Positions 46,501 to 59,998 are shown, counted from the first letter of the whole stretch. The stretch is 62,338 bases of DNA, filler included, from Diploschistes diacapsis (GCA_023645945.1; 7 parts of 7 records of this genome joined end to end with filler, not necessarily neighbours in it); one strand, 5' to 3'. Notes: generated from the sequence alone by a model not told the origin. Numbers and translations are program-made.

Positions 46501-49500
46501 AGGAGCAGTCCATAACAATAAGGGCAAGCGCCCAGTTCTCACGGATGTTACTTTGGAAAGTTGGCTCACACACCAGTTCCTGGTACTTGATCCAGGGTCG
46601 GATACCTGCCCAGTATCATGAAGAGGTTGTAATCCACTAGGGGGCAGGATCTGTTGAAGAGCTCGCGAGCTAGAAGCTGGTGTGGAGGCTGCGCAGAAGT
46701 CTTCTTTCACCAACGACAGCGATTCCGACATGCGAGACATGGGCCAGCCCGTGGGGACCATAACTGCAAGGAATGTACTGGCGTGTGCCTCAACTTGGTT
46801 CGATTATCTGCAGGCGAGGCTCTGCATTCTCGAGAGTAAGACTCTTTAACAGCCAGCAGTTGTCGCCCTCGAAGTGACCCTAGGTATTATCTTCTACTCT
46901 TTCATCTCAGTCAAGCATTCCAAATTGAAGCGTCTTGTGGTTGAGACGCAGATCATGATTTAAGGACACCCTGTTTTTGTATTGTGTGGGTCTACCTTCG
47001 TTATAAGCTCATAATTAGGTGCCAGGCAAATTTGGATCTCCCTTATTTCGTTGTCTCGGTAGCTAGGGCCGCGGATAAAGGAGGTAGTATCCAATGCGTT
47101 GTTTCCGCATGCCACAGAGATATCTACGTGATATATACGAATTGCCCATGTTCCAACTTTCTCCTGTCATTCTCTATGCTCTATGCTTTGCGCTCTACGG
47201 AGGGCTTTTTCTGTTCCTGTTGCGCTGTTCGGAGCTGCTCCAGCACCATTGACAGTATGACTAGGACAGACAACGGCTATCCTGATACTCTTTCCTGTCT
47301 CCAGCTTCACAAGCGTGCAGAATGTATCATTCAGTGTTTGGATTGGGGTCTAAGTTAGCATACACTATATTCTCCACGTCCCTGTACGCTCCAGCATGGT
47401 AACAGCTGCTCTAAGGTATACAGCTAGCTCTTTTCGTGATTTCGACCGCCGCCACTCCCAGCGAAGGATAGGCTGTTGCAATCGGCTCTAAATATCACAT
47501 TATATATCCAAGCCCCTCTCTTTCTATTACGTTGATATAGTCTCTTGTTGTGCACTAAAGATTGCGTACTCATTCGTCTTTTCCCATTCACTACCTCAGA
47601 ATGTCTGCTTGCGGTTGTGTCCACGGCGTTGGGAATCCTAACATCGCCTAGGTGCTTTGTAATAACCTTCGTTAGATTCATTAGGAATGTCTTGATGTCG
47701 AGGTAGAACTCCTACATCTCAGTGATGTTCGGTCCATTGATCTCGGCCTGCTCTGATTACTACGCTCTTGATGCGCGTTGGCATCTTGACATTATTGTCT
47801 TTCTCAGCCAGGGTTCGTCTCCTCTTTAAGGTCGGCGAACTTTGTAATGACCGAGCTCATCGTTTCCTCAAGGTACAAGCGTCTAATCAGCTCATACTCA
47901 GGCGTTCAGTTGCCCAGTGAATATCCTTGGCAAAAATCTAAGCGATAAAACTGCCCATGACCATCTCTTCATGTCCCCATTAACTTACAATCGATTTCTT
48001 CATTCTACCTGCTTTTGGAATCTCTTATCTTCCTCCATGGTTGCCTCTGCACTTCCTTCCCCGTCACCCACATACCATTAGTCCCGTCGTAATCGACTTT
48101 GAATTGAAAGACTAATCACTCGAAACACATCATTTGTTGCTACTGCGTGCTCCGAACACGTCCTCTTTCGATCTTGTGTTCGGCTATAGATGTGTAACCT
48201 CTTAACCTGTTCCTCTCAAGCTCCCAGTGGTGACTGGTGGTGGCAACCATAGACCACGACAAGAATCTGCTACATGAACCCCAAACGAGTTCGAGATGAG
48301 CTATGCTCACCAGATTGTATACCTAAGCGATTATGTTCACGAAAAATTCAGGTGCCGGGTGAGCTTAGCCACACAATGTGGGATCTTTCAGCCCGTGGCA
48401 TGCTGAGGGTAACGGGCAGCTTGATTCCTCTTTATAGACTTGGCACATTCTACCCAACAGCAAGTAGATTCACTACTGAAACAATCTAAGCATGGTCGTT
48501 GACAGGCGATGATAGCGAGGGACAGCCTAACACCTCCCTTATGTAAAATAGGAAGATTAAATTACCAAACTGTGTCCCTAGCTCTGTTTTCCTTGACGTC
48601 CATAAAGCCAACTACTCTCCAAAACGAAGCATCTAGGAATTGATTCTCCAAGGAAAAATATGGCATACTTAGTCTAGCATACTTGGTTGGGTACCTACCC
48701 CGGTCCGAAGATTGTCAGCTCTCTCCTCGTGACCATATATGACAGACGATACATGGATACTGGATACCTAAGCCAAAACTTCGAGATTCTGAGGCGCGGT
48801 GTGTGAGAGACCCAAATACTTAACATGCAGTAGTCGGACGTACTGCTTCAGAATATCCTCATACCCATCCGCGCTCTCACGTCGACGAAACCTCATTCTG
48901 CCGCGTAGAGGGTTGAAAGGATAACCAGCTCCTTCCCTTTGACGGATCCGTGCTTCTAGCCAGAGAAAGTGCTGTTGATAATCATATTAAAATTCCCATA
49001 CCCAGCTGTAGAAAAAGCGTTGTAGAAGATAAAAACAACTGAGGACGTTAGATCGGTGTATGCTGAGAATGGGAGAAACGGAGTGTCGGTAAATCTCGAA
49101 CAATATTATGGTGAAGCTTCGTGTCTGATGAATTATCCCATGCTTTTCAAAAACAAGGAATAGCGGCCCCTAAGGGCGGTGTGAACAGAAAGACTTACGA
49201 TCTTTCAGGCTTTCGGAGGTAGATCTTTAGAGAAAGGACTTGGTCTCGTTATTTCTTTTTATCTTTGCAATTACATCTGCCGGTACCCTATCCCAGGCTC
49301 ACAACCTGTAGAGAGACCGAGCCTCCTCCGCGCCGGACCGAAACGCGGTCGCTCCTGGCATTCAATAAGTCCTGAGAAGCTGGAATTTAGAATATAGCTT
49401 CTTTAGATGGCGATGGTATATCTCTAGTCTCTTTAGGGTGTATATATTGACCCCTGCCGAGGAAGGTTGAAGGTTAAGCATCCGTGTATTGATGTAAGAT

Positions 49501-50246
49501 CCCGGTATGTTGCTTTCATAATACTCCACGATCATTTGCATGAGATGTATCAGCTCCTTAAGGGAGTCTATGATGCTTCTGATAAATTCAGTATCCGATG
49601 GTGTGCTTTTTTCTCTAGTTCGAGCCGTCTGTCGTCTTCGATGGTCGGAAGTCGAATGTAATACACTCTGTTCTTCCTCTTATGTAATGCAAGCGAGAAT
49701 AGCCTCTTTTTGTACTTGTATGCGAATTGCAGAGATGACTCTTTATGCTCTTTTACTTTTCTCGAGCGAGTTGTACCATTCGGCTCTCACATATAGCCTT
49801 AAGCTCCAAGTCACACCGGGACGCCTGCCTCATGGCTGGACGGCCCTTAGATAAGCCTACTGCCTGGCACTATCTGTTTTGATTGCTCGCTCATAACAGT
49901 ACCACATGATCCAGTTTTTGTTCTTGGATTTGCAATCTGCTTTGAAGCCGTCAACTCATGCTAGTTAGAATAATCTCATCCCCACTTCTTGTGCGAGACG
50001 GCGTGGAGACATCCCTCTTCGTCTTTCAACTCCCTTAGGGATTACTATATAATCCGCTGCTACCTTCGTGTTTCGAGCTCCGAAATGTGCCAGGGTGCCG
50101 GCCTCGTAGCTAGAAGGCCCGTAGATGGTTGTACCGCCTGGAATTGTGTGCGTTAATGACTCGCTTCCAGCGGTACAGCCTACCTTTGTTCCAGCCGGGA
50201 ATTCTAGGTTCTCTGTAACCTCTGGCTTCCACAAGTTGAATTACTG

Positions 50247-51350
50247 TCTTTTCGATAATGCGTCTGGAACGATATTCTTTCCCCTGGAGTATTTGCCTTC
50301 AATGTTGGAACGCTGAATGTACTCGAAAGCTCGAAAATAATCGCAGGTTGAGCTCCTCGGTGTTTGCTGTGTTCACCTATATTTATCTAAATGTTGACTC
50401 CTACGGTCGTAGGGAATCTGTAAAGAACGCAAAGTCTCGTGGCTAGAAGGGCCTTAGTAAAATTCGACATCGATTTTCTGTTCCATTTGAAGATTCCGCT
50501 GCGGTGCCGCCTGCTCCTCTACCGTTGGCCACGAGCTGGGACGTCGTGTATTTATAAACTTGCTGCAAGTCCCCAATTTGTCATGGAGAAGCTATACTGG
50601 CCTGCGTAATAGGAATCCAGCTTCGAAACGTCACTCCAAGTAGCTGAGCTCTCATATTTTGCAGATGCAATCCACCCAAACCTCTTCAATGTCTTCTTGC
50701 TGTTTATAGAAAGCTATTTAAGCCTTTCTGTATCTGAATTCCTTTTATGTTATAGACACGAGATTCTGAGAACGGTCTAAAAATCTTGTTGATAAAGGCC
50801 GAAGGTCAGGCTATCAGTATTGTCCATTCAGTGACTAATAATTATGGTCCACTTCTCTCCCAGAGCTCGTTCGAGATCTCTTGGAAACTACATCTTGGGT
50901 CGTTCAAGTGGTAGTTCTTCCTCTCTCCCCTCCCGGAGTAACTATGGTCAAATCTGGTTACACCGAACCCCGTATTACCCATCGGCCGTAAAAGTATCAC
51001 CAAGGTGCGAACATATACTCATGTGACTGAGTCTAGTCAGAATTAGTTTCTTGACACTCTACTTACTATGTTGTGCTGTTTCATGTAGCCCTTATATTGT
51101 CAGGCTGGTTTCCTTTAGGGAGGATGGCAATTACAGCCTGACATATGCTTGGTTAATGAGCACTCCCTCCGCTTGATCTACCTATGTAGATTTCTCGCTT
51201 GCACTGTGCCGCAGTCTCGTTTCGATTCTTTGTGTCCTCGATTGATTGCTTTCGACGCAGATGGTTTAAAGGATCGGAAAGGCTGGGTTCTTTGTTCCAT
51301 TCTGTGAAGACCTGGCCCCTGCCGGCCTTCTCTATGTTCCGAAACAAGCC
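50247..51350 (-). mobile_element. Heavily decayed Ty3/gypsy pol relic (RT/RNase H); true boundaries unknown
   Basis: At 50247-50373, TANTEELNLRL/RAFEYIQRSNIEGKYSRGKNIVPDALSKR (one frameshift) resembles the end of fungal gypsy RNase H. Weaker RT-like traces upstream (LTIVTPGGRE, EWNKEP). Confidence 0.55.
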
Positions 51351-54300
51351 GCGTCTCGCTCAGGCTTCAGGAGCTCGATCTAGAGTTTCTGCGTATTCAA
51401 ATCTCCCTGAGGTCTCCTGGCGGTTTGCAGGTCGACCGACACACGAACCTCAGCTTCTTCTCTATTACTAGTCTGAAGTCATACTTGTTCGACTTTATAA
51501 GCACTGTAGTTAGATATCCTCGCCTCCATTATCCTTGCAAATAGCTCCATCATTAGTGGCACATACTCTTCTCGTAGAAGGTAGTGGCTATTATAAATGG
51601 ATGCTGTCTTCATATTGGTCAACTTAACCTTAGGCCTAACGCTTAGACAATGTGATAATCGTGTTCAGAACCTCTATATTTCAAGGAAGGGGTGTAAGTC
51701 GATCTTTCAATACTTCAGGTTTGAACTCGGATCCTACCCAATTAATAAAACCAGGCGGCGTTCGCCCTTCTGTGTATTACGCACAAAGCCCTTGTTATTA
51801 ACAGCCTCTTTAGCTCTTTTCTCAGTGCGTCCATGTCTGTGACCATCCTTGACTTAAGGAAGGCGAAGATATGAGGAACCCCTTAAACAGAGAGTATCAA
51901 TCCTGAAGTAGCTTTCAACTCTCTTGTCTGTTACGAGAAATGCCAAAATCCCTTCCACCTAGGTAAACACAGTAAATCAAAGCCTTCCCTATTCATTTTT
52001 ACCAAAGAGTCCCTATCTTACGGGCTCGCTCCTCATTTTGTCGTGATCCTCGACCGCAAATTACGCTCGCCACTTGAGTCTGATCTATGAGGACTCAAGC
52101 CTTTCTATCCACTCTGTGAACGGGGTATTCATACCGTCCACAACGACTTTCCTGGCCCTAATTGCGGAATCAACGGCATCTTGGAACATTTAATATCCTG
52201 GAGGGAATCTCCAATGTATGAAGATTCGGCCGTATTGGATGCCTGAAATGCAAGAACAGAGGCTCTAGTGGATTGTCTCATATAGATCAAAGCTCCTCAG
52301 GAGACGATTGTAGTTCACGATCTGATCGATCCTGTCATGAGCTTTCTTGTTTATTAGATTTTCTTTAGCTCATAGTAATATTACTAGGTCATATTACCCC
52401 CTTTTCTCTTGGTGTGGTACTTCGGCAAGAGCCTATGTAAATTGGTGGTGAGTCTGATGAGTTTAAGTGACGAATGCATAGAGACGGCTGTGGGTGTTCT
52501 CACCTTCGTGTCCTTTGAGGTGAATTATTTTTTTATCCCTATCTCAACTGCTGTAAATATCTGAAGGTGATTTCCTGCGTCTTTGCAAGACTAGCCAAGA
52601 AGCTCTTTCTTCCTCTTATACAGTATATACGAATGTTAACTTCTCACGTGCTAAGCAGATGTAGCTTTAAGCGAAGGAAAGACGTCAGATCAGAGAGCCA
52701 GCTATTATAGCTGGGCTTTATAAATCCAAGACAAATCGGTGACGTTCCCCTTACAGAGCTAATTGAAAGACATCGTACGCTCAGTTCTCAAAGGCCGCAA
52801 GCGGAACCTTCCATATCGATGAAGAATCCAGAGGCTTCCAATCCCTTGGAATTCGGACCCAGGGTATGCAGTTGTACTACAACACTGGAAGTTCGACCTA
52901 CCCAAAAGTCCAAGCGCTTCGCATTCGGGTAAAGGAAGTATTCAAATTTCCTGCAGCAATATCCTACTAGTTTCTCCAATCATAAACGAGGAGAGCAACT
53001 CCCATCTGCAAGCTTTTCCGCCAGGGAAATTTTCCTGCGATCTCTTCAGGTCTATGAGCAGTCCCCACCATTGATGTGCACCTGCAGAAGTTACTCTAAT
53101 ATAGAGGTGCTTGCCCTCGGCTGGGGTAGTTCCAGAAGAACTCTGCTTGTGTCTCTGCAGCAACTAGCCGAGCTCGGCTGGAGAGCGCAACGAACTTCTG
53201 ATTAACAATGCCAGTGGATGGTGTCTGGAACAAACATCAACGCTACCCAGCGCGGTACCCTACCATTTGGGTTGCAAGCAAATTGGCGAGGATGATATAT
53301 GGGATGTATCGTTAAGTTGTGCACAGACTCGCCGATGATCACCAACTCCCCAGAGCCTTTCTATCATTACCTGATTTTCTTGAGATCTGAGCTAAGTGCA
53401 AGTTCGGTTTTAGAATCCTAGCATCTCTATCATCAAATGTTCTGACCAGTAGTTGGTTAAGGTTTTGGTTCCTCTAGTGATATGCATGGATTGTTTCATT
53501 CCTAGGCAGCCATGATACGCCTGTTATGTAGAGAGATTTCCCTACCGGTGATACCTACCGATTGCTTGCATCATGTCCGCCTCGTTGGAAGCTAACCAGA
53601 ACCAATTTTCAGATCTTGCCCACCAATCTGTATGTCGAAACGGAGATTTCGAGATTCAAGCCGATTCCTTGTCCAAGTAAGGTGCAATTTCTCGTGGGTG
53701 CTCAATTGACGTATCCACAGCATCCCCAGGCAGAATCAACCTATATGGCAAAGCTCTGGCTCGGTGCCAGAAGCAGCATGGTTATGATATAAACGAGGTA
53801 TATAGTCCTATATAGCTGGTAAACCCCCGACTAAATAGTACTGGCCAGCTGCAAGAACGGGACCTCACACTAATCGCAGGCCCAATTATAAGCCTTCCAG
53901 GAGCAATTTGCACATGCGTTTTCCCATATAAACAGGCCCGATTTCGAGTTTATAAAACCCTTTATTGCGATATTCCTGGGAGATTATTCCTGCCCTAATA
54001 TCGTCTATGTTCCATTTTAACAGACATTATTAGATGCGAAGGCGTACTGGCACAATACATGCAGTCTTCTTAATAGAGTGAGTGGATGATGCTATGAGAT
54101 TGGCTTTCTCCTTCTTATCTCTGCATAGGTACTTCCCAAACATACGGTTTCAAGATCCAATTTATTTTACCAAATGTGCGAAACATCTTCGAGTTTTTTT
54201 TTTAAATTATATCACCGACTGTCAGTATGTACTCAAATTGATTTGTGAAGTGAAGATGCATTCCAAAAGCTATGGATACCATCGAGCTCTTTATAGCTAC

Positions 54301-54519
54301 TATTGTAGCTACTAAGCGGGTGGATGCCCAATGGCATCATGTCCCATGGCGTCACAGGCGACGCCAGCGAGGGCAGGAACAAGCGAGCCCAGCAAGAATA
54401 AGCGACTCTCCCTAGTAATACTATAGCTACTACAATATCTACCGACACAAAAATACTTATGTCCACATAAGCAGTGTCCCAAATAGATACCGAATGAACG
54501 AAACAAAACCCTCGACATT

Positions 54520-55012
54520 CGTTCTAAAACATCCTAGCAATATATCCTATATTACTTCCTTTTCTTCTATCTTCAAGATAATTCTGTTCCTTCATTAAAT
54601 TTACCTCTATTTCGTAGATATAGTTCTAATTCTATATCCTTAGTAGGCCTATATTTACGGCGTCGTTGTACTTCTATTCGAACTCGGCGATCCGGTCTAT
54701 TGAATATCGCTATAACTCTTATTCAATGATCTATATGTTATCGATAACATCGTATTCTATTTATCGGATTAAATATTACGTACTTTATCCGCGTTCTTTA
54801 CGTATACGGCGCTTAATAAATAGTCGTTTCATTTTGTATTCTTTTTCGATTTTTATTATTATAAATAACGACGATAAAGATCGTCGGCGGTAAGGATCAT
54901 TAATTAGATCTAACATCGGCTCGAAATATACGATATTAATAATATCGTGAATATAATAATAGTCCGGTAATTGTAATCTATAAATCAATTTATTAATACG
55001 TTTTAAGATCTT
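54520..55012 (-). mobile_element. RIP-degraded chromovirus (Ty3/gypsy) integrase C-terminus with chromodomain, then a polypurine tract
   Basis: IYRLQLPDYYYIHDIINIVYFEP...DPY...EYKMKRLFIKR...YLIR*IEY. PPT AAGATAGAAGAAAAGGAAG; a probable LTR lies to the left. Confidence 0.8.
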
Positions 55013-55553
55013 NNNNNNNNNNNNNNNNNNNNNNNNNNNNNNNNNNNNNNNNNNNNTTAATTAATTAANNNNNNNNNNNNNNNNNNNNNNNNNNNNNNNN
55101 NNNNNNNNNNNNATATTTTAAAGATATAGACGTTAATCTTCTGGCATTACCGGCGTTTGCGGTATATTAAACTGATTATCGGGATTCTATTTTTTCTCAA
55201 TAGAATCGATTAGTTTTCTTCCGGTTATAATAATGTTTAATCGATAATGTTAAACTTTCAAAAAGCTCGAAAAAGGATAACGTATATTTTAAAAATTTTT
55301 TAGTTTTTTAATAAACGAAAACGATAATTTTTATAATAGTTTATAAAGGTTTCTTTAAAAGATTAAGCGGTAAGAAAATACGGTGAAAAATTTTTTATTA
55401 CGCGATCTATATCTTAAATCCTAATAAATCGAATAATATAAGCGAATCGAATCGTTTCGATCGAAAAAGGATCTATCCTTTTCGAAACTCGATTTTTAAA
55501 ATTTAACCGAGGCTAGAATTTTTTAGATAAGTTATTTTTTCGTTACTACCATA

Positions 55554-55663
55554 TATGATTCGATTGTATCGTGTGTTTAAATTGTTTAGCTACAGATTTA
55601 CAAATAAAAGGTATTCCGCCAAGTCTTTTCGGACTTAGGGCTTAATTCCGTAGTGAAACCACA
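55554..55663 (-). repeat. 110-bp LTR (5' LTR of a minus-strand element extending left to 55113)
   Basis: Direct repeat of 57089-57198. On the minus strand it is followed by PBS-like TATGGTAG and AT-rich RIP-type DNA. Confidence 0.75.
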
Positions 55664-57088
55664 ACAGCATCTACACGTTGAAGTATGTAAGAACCTTCTG
55701 TCCTGACGGCAGTACGGGGTTTAGGGATCTCTAGACCAAGGCAGCAGTTCTTATATACAGCATATCTGCCTGCCAGTAGACAACCCTCCTCTTGTAAAGG
55801 TGGCTGACCCAGGTCAGACTATACACAGTGATGTAGCCAATATACATGGCTCGCACGTCGATACCGCCCCTTAAGCTAATACCATTCATCTGAGCGGTAA
55901 GTAATCATACAAAGTGGACGCGAGCATCAATAATCTCGATATAGGTTCGCCATAGGAATATAAGGACCTAGTATGAAGTGAGTCCGAACCTTGAGAAGCT
56001 TAGTGAAGCTAAAGTCTTTAGCTTGCTTATGTATTTTTTTTGCTGGATCCTAGAGCTTAGTATTAACCAAAGGGGTGAGATAGGCTAGCTCCTCGGCCTT
56101 ATTTATGAGTTATACGGCATACTCCTTTTATCCCATTGCTCGGGCTTAATGTCGTGGAACGCTCATTTACCCCTATATCTAAAACAAGTCCCCATTTTAC
56201 AACGACGGCAAGGTAAGACAAGCCATTGCCCTTAATTTGTATCTCCTTCATTGGACTAGACTTCTGTGATATAGGTTAGATATTCGGAACAGAACTCTAT
56301 TACCGTGGTTGTATTGCTGAGTATTGGGGCTAAGAAGTTCCGAGGCTTCATAAGGGCGATATCAGCAAAGTGCTTGAGAATGAGCATCCAGGTGTTCTAG
56401 CCGAAGATTTGTTGACTTGCATCGCCACGCTCGACATAGCCTTCCTAACGGGCAAGGACCCGTTTGTTGGCGTTTTGGATAACAATGTGAGAATGGATGG
56501 ACTATCATGGTTTCTGGAGATCGAAAGGAGCCGACCTTAAAAGCTGCTCATGTTGTTTCCACGGCACAGAGAGCGTTATGGGAAGCGATCCAGTCTTTTG
56601 GCATAGTCATCACTGAGTGAACAAGAGCAGTGCCAGCGCTCCGCTTTAGGCTAGGCTCTAGGGCTTTGTCCTGCCGGCATGCTTCGATCCAGATATTATA
56701 AACTGTAAGACATGGGGCGATCTCCCGGGCTCTAGGCAACCGGCAGGGTTGCTCAGTAGACAACACCAGAAGGATTGAGAGGGTATTTTAGGTTTTGGTT
56801 GAAATAACGCTATGTTCTGCCGGCATCAAGCAATAGAACGGTCGTATAATTTAACAATTGATGGAGAGTTGACCAGACAAGATGACATTTTATATAAGAA
56901 GACTGGAATGAGCAAAGGAAGCAGCGAAAGAATTAACTACGTAAAACGTTCCAACATTCCAGCAACTTACGAAACGCCTATATCTATGACCTTCCATTAC
57001 ATTAAATACAAAAAAGTGCTTATGCTGTTCGGTTATTAAGGGCAACACTCCATGGTACAATCGAAACTAACCAAAGATTATGCGCTGG

Positions 57089-57198
57089 TGTGATTCGATT
57101 GCATAGTGTCTTTAAATTGTCTAGCTACAGATTTATAAATAAAAGGTATTCCGCCAAATCTTTTCGAACTTAGGGCTTAACTCCGTAATAAAACCACA
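57089..57198 (-). repeat. 110-bp LTR (3' LTR of a minus-strand element lying to the right)
   Basis: TG...CA ends. On the minus strand it is immediately preceded by the purine tract AGGGAAGGA. Confidence 0.78.
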
Positions 57199-57556
57199 TC
57201 CTTCCCTACTAGAATATAAGCGACTCGCTTATTAATTGCTTTTCATGTTCATAAAGCATTCCTTTTAATCAACTTCTTTTTTATAAATGCACCGTTCTAA
57301 TCTATCTATCCCTAATAAGATTAATTAGTTTACTCTTTCTCTATCCTTATAATTTATTAATTTTAATTAGAACGTTTTAATACTATAAATAATAAAATTA
57401 ATGAATTTCTAACTTCTTAATTTTTTTTTAAAAGTTATAGTATTTAGATCTAATAGNNNNNNNNNNNNNNNNNNNNNNNNNNNNNNNNNNNNNNNNNNNN
57501 TTAATTAATTAANNNNNNNNNNNNNNNNNNNNNNNNNNNNNNNNNNNNNNNNNNNN

Positions 57557-58527
57557 ATATTATATATAGGCGCATTATTCTACAAGAATGCCTATCTAGA
57601 TTCGTAGATTTAAAACAAAATATTGCGTAAAAATAAGTAATATGCTTCGACGGTAATTATTCGTCTATTTATATAATATTCGTCGAGAAATCGTTACACG
57701 ACGCGTTTATTTATTTATAAAAAAGCGATTATTATAACGCTATCCTTATTATTAAATTTAATAGCGATATGATTATGTAATTATTACTTCTTAAAATATC
57801 TTTAAACCTATTATCGCATTTTACCGCTTTTAATCTATATTAAGTATTTATTAACGTATTAAATATTGGCCACATTCTCGGGGCGTTAGCTCTTATACGC
57901 CCTAGAGTATTATCGACGTTTTATAGTATCTTTAAGATCTAAATAAAAACGCAAACGTTTTGGATATTTTTTAAAAAGTAGGTCGAATTCGGCGAATCTT
58001 CGACGGATAATATCTTTATTAATAGGCGTTATTTTAAATAATTCGGGTTATTGTAGATCTAATTCCCGTTTAGCGCGTCGATAAAACCTATTTTTTTAAT
58101 CTTGGGTGGTATTTCGGGGTCGTTCTGAACGATAAAAGTTATATTATTTATCGTCGCGTTCTAAAGCTTTTACTTTCGTATATTAGGTTGTAAAATAGGG
58201 AATATTGAGCTTTTGGGCCGTATTTTTAAAAGTATTACTATTATAGAAAGGGCCGAGGAGCTCAGAACGCTGAAATAACTTCAAACGGCTTTGGGGAGGC
58301 ATAATTGTAAGAATAATAACAAGAGTTGATGGTTTATTTACTGCCGCTTATGGTGTACCTAACTACTTTTGCTCTAGTACTGTACATATGTTAGATAATT
58401 GATTAGAAAGTAATATTTTGAAAAAAAAATTTTAACGATTGATTTCGAAGAATTATTGAATATTCAAACTATTTCTTGGCAAAAGTGGCCGGAATCTGGG
58501 GGTGGCCGGAATCCCCGTCAAACACCT
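57557..58527 (-). mobile_element. RIP-degraded Tc1/mariner (IS630-Tc1) transposon 5' part
   Basis: ATG 58302. Relics RSERPRNTT (GRPR motif) and FL*NNAPIY (FxQDNAPxH). Terminal region has GATTCCGGCCAC twice at 58486-58514. Confidence 0.8.
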
Positions 58528-58904
58528 TATTGTAATTCTTAAGGGAATGTTAGTGCCTGTTTTTTTAATTTTAAAAGAGCAGAGAGAGCGATAGCAATAA
58601 TTTACATAAAGTACAAAGAGCGCTGCTTATTGCTCTTAAGGAGTACATGGAGCGGCGCCGATCGCTCTATTAGGTTACGTAACGAGCGCCCACGCGAGGT
58701 TCCTAAGTGAGTGGCTAGGACGTGACAGGTTAGATACCTGGATCGTAATTTGCCTGGTTTTTAGTAGAAATGCAGTGATTCAAAGTTCTATATACGCGAA
58801 TATACAAAAAATGTGGTGTTAAGATCACGTAAACCCCCACGTTTCTCTTCCAACCCACGCGTTAAGGCCGTTTTCTATTTCTTCCCCGTGTCCTTTACCC
58901 CCTT

Positions 58905-59681
58905 TCAGCCAGCCCATCCTCCGCGCGACATCGCATTTCGCCAGCGAGACCGCCTACAACGTGCAAAAAGACGCGTATAAGGCCGTCGCGGGTCTCGGGC
59001 GGTTTTCGTTCTATCATAATTTCTTAATCGTTTTAGAAGATTTATAAATCTTCTAAAACCTCTTTATACTAACGTAATTAATAAAAAATCGCCTTTAAAA
59101 CAAATTATTTATTTATAAACGCCGCGGTCGTTCAACGGTAACGTCCGAATCCGTTTATTTAAAAAATTTCCCACACCTCCGCTAATAACAAAATCGCCGT
59201 TATCAAATATAATATTAATTTATGTTCAATATTTTTTACGTAAATACGTCGTTGTTAATATATTTAATTAATTAAAAATATCGATGTAAAATTATATTAA
59301 TAACGTGACGCGTTATTATTTTAATTTAATATTCGTTTTTTCCGGAAGCTTAAGTTGTGTGTAAATTTATCGATTTAAAGCTTTTACGTTATTTACGTAA
59401 GATTAAAAAGCGTCGAATTTCGTCGTAAATATCTTAAGAACGTCCGCGACGGCGATTAAACGCGTTTTCTTTTTAAAGACGCCCGGGAAGAAGCTATACA
59501 ACTTTTCAGCCGGGGGCAAACGTACCGCCAGCGGCGAAAAAACGCGATCGGGGTCGGGCGCGGCGGGCGCGGGCGTGGCGGGCGTAAAAACGACGCTATC
59601 GAGGCGGGCGAGCTCGTCTGAGAGTAGGTCGAAGATCCAAATGTCGAAAGTCGCGGGCGGGGGCGTAGGTAGACCAGACAT
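58905..59681 (-). pseudogene. RIP-inactivated gene of an unrecognised repeated family (259 codons)
   Basis: One frame runs from MSGLPTPPPATFDIW to ...RNAMSRGGWAG* with GC-rich ends and an AT-rich core containing several TAA stops. Confidence 0.55.
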
Positions 59682-59998
59682 CGTATATCTATTAACGATG
59701 GTAGGAAAAGGGAAAAAATGAAAAAAAAAATTGAAGCAAGCAATAAAAAAGTAAATAAACAAAACAGGGTTTCCGAAGTACTTAATGCTCCATACAAATT
59801 TATATGGTGCAGTAAGTACTCCCGGAAAATCCAACTTCCCAGTAAATTACGACAAGTCTTATTCTGCCTACTATACACATAAATTACATGATAAGTACNN
59901 NNNNNNNNNNNNNNNNNNNNNNNNNNNNNNNNNNNNNNNNNNTTAATTAATTAANNNNNNNNNNNNNNNNNNNNNNNNNNNNNNNNNNNNNNNNNNNN

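Noticed and set aside
55554..57198. Single TRIM mini-retrotransposon
   Set aside because: No TSD (CCATA vs TCCTT), and the PBS- and PPT-like signals lie outside rather than inside the LTR pair.
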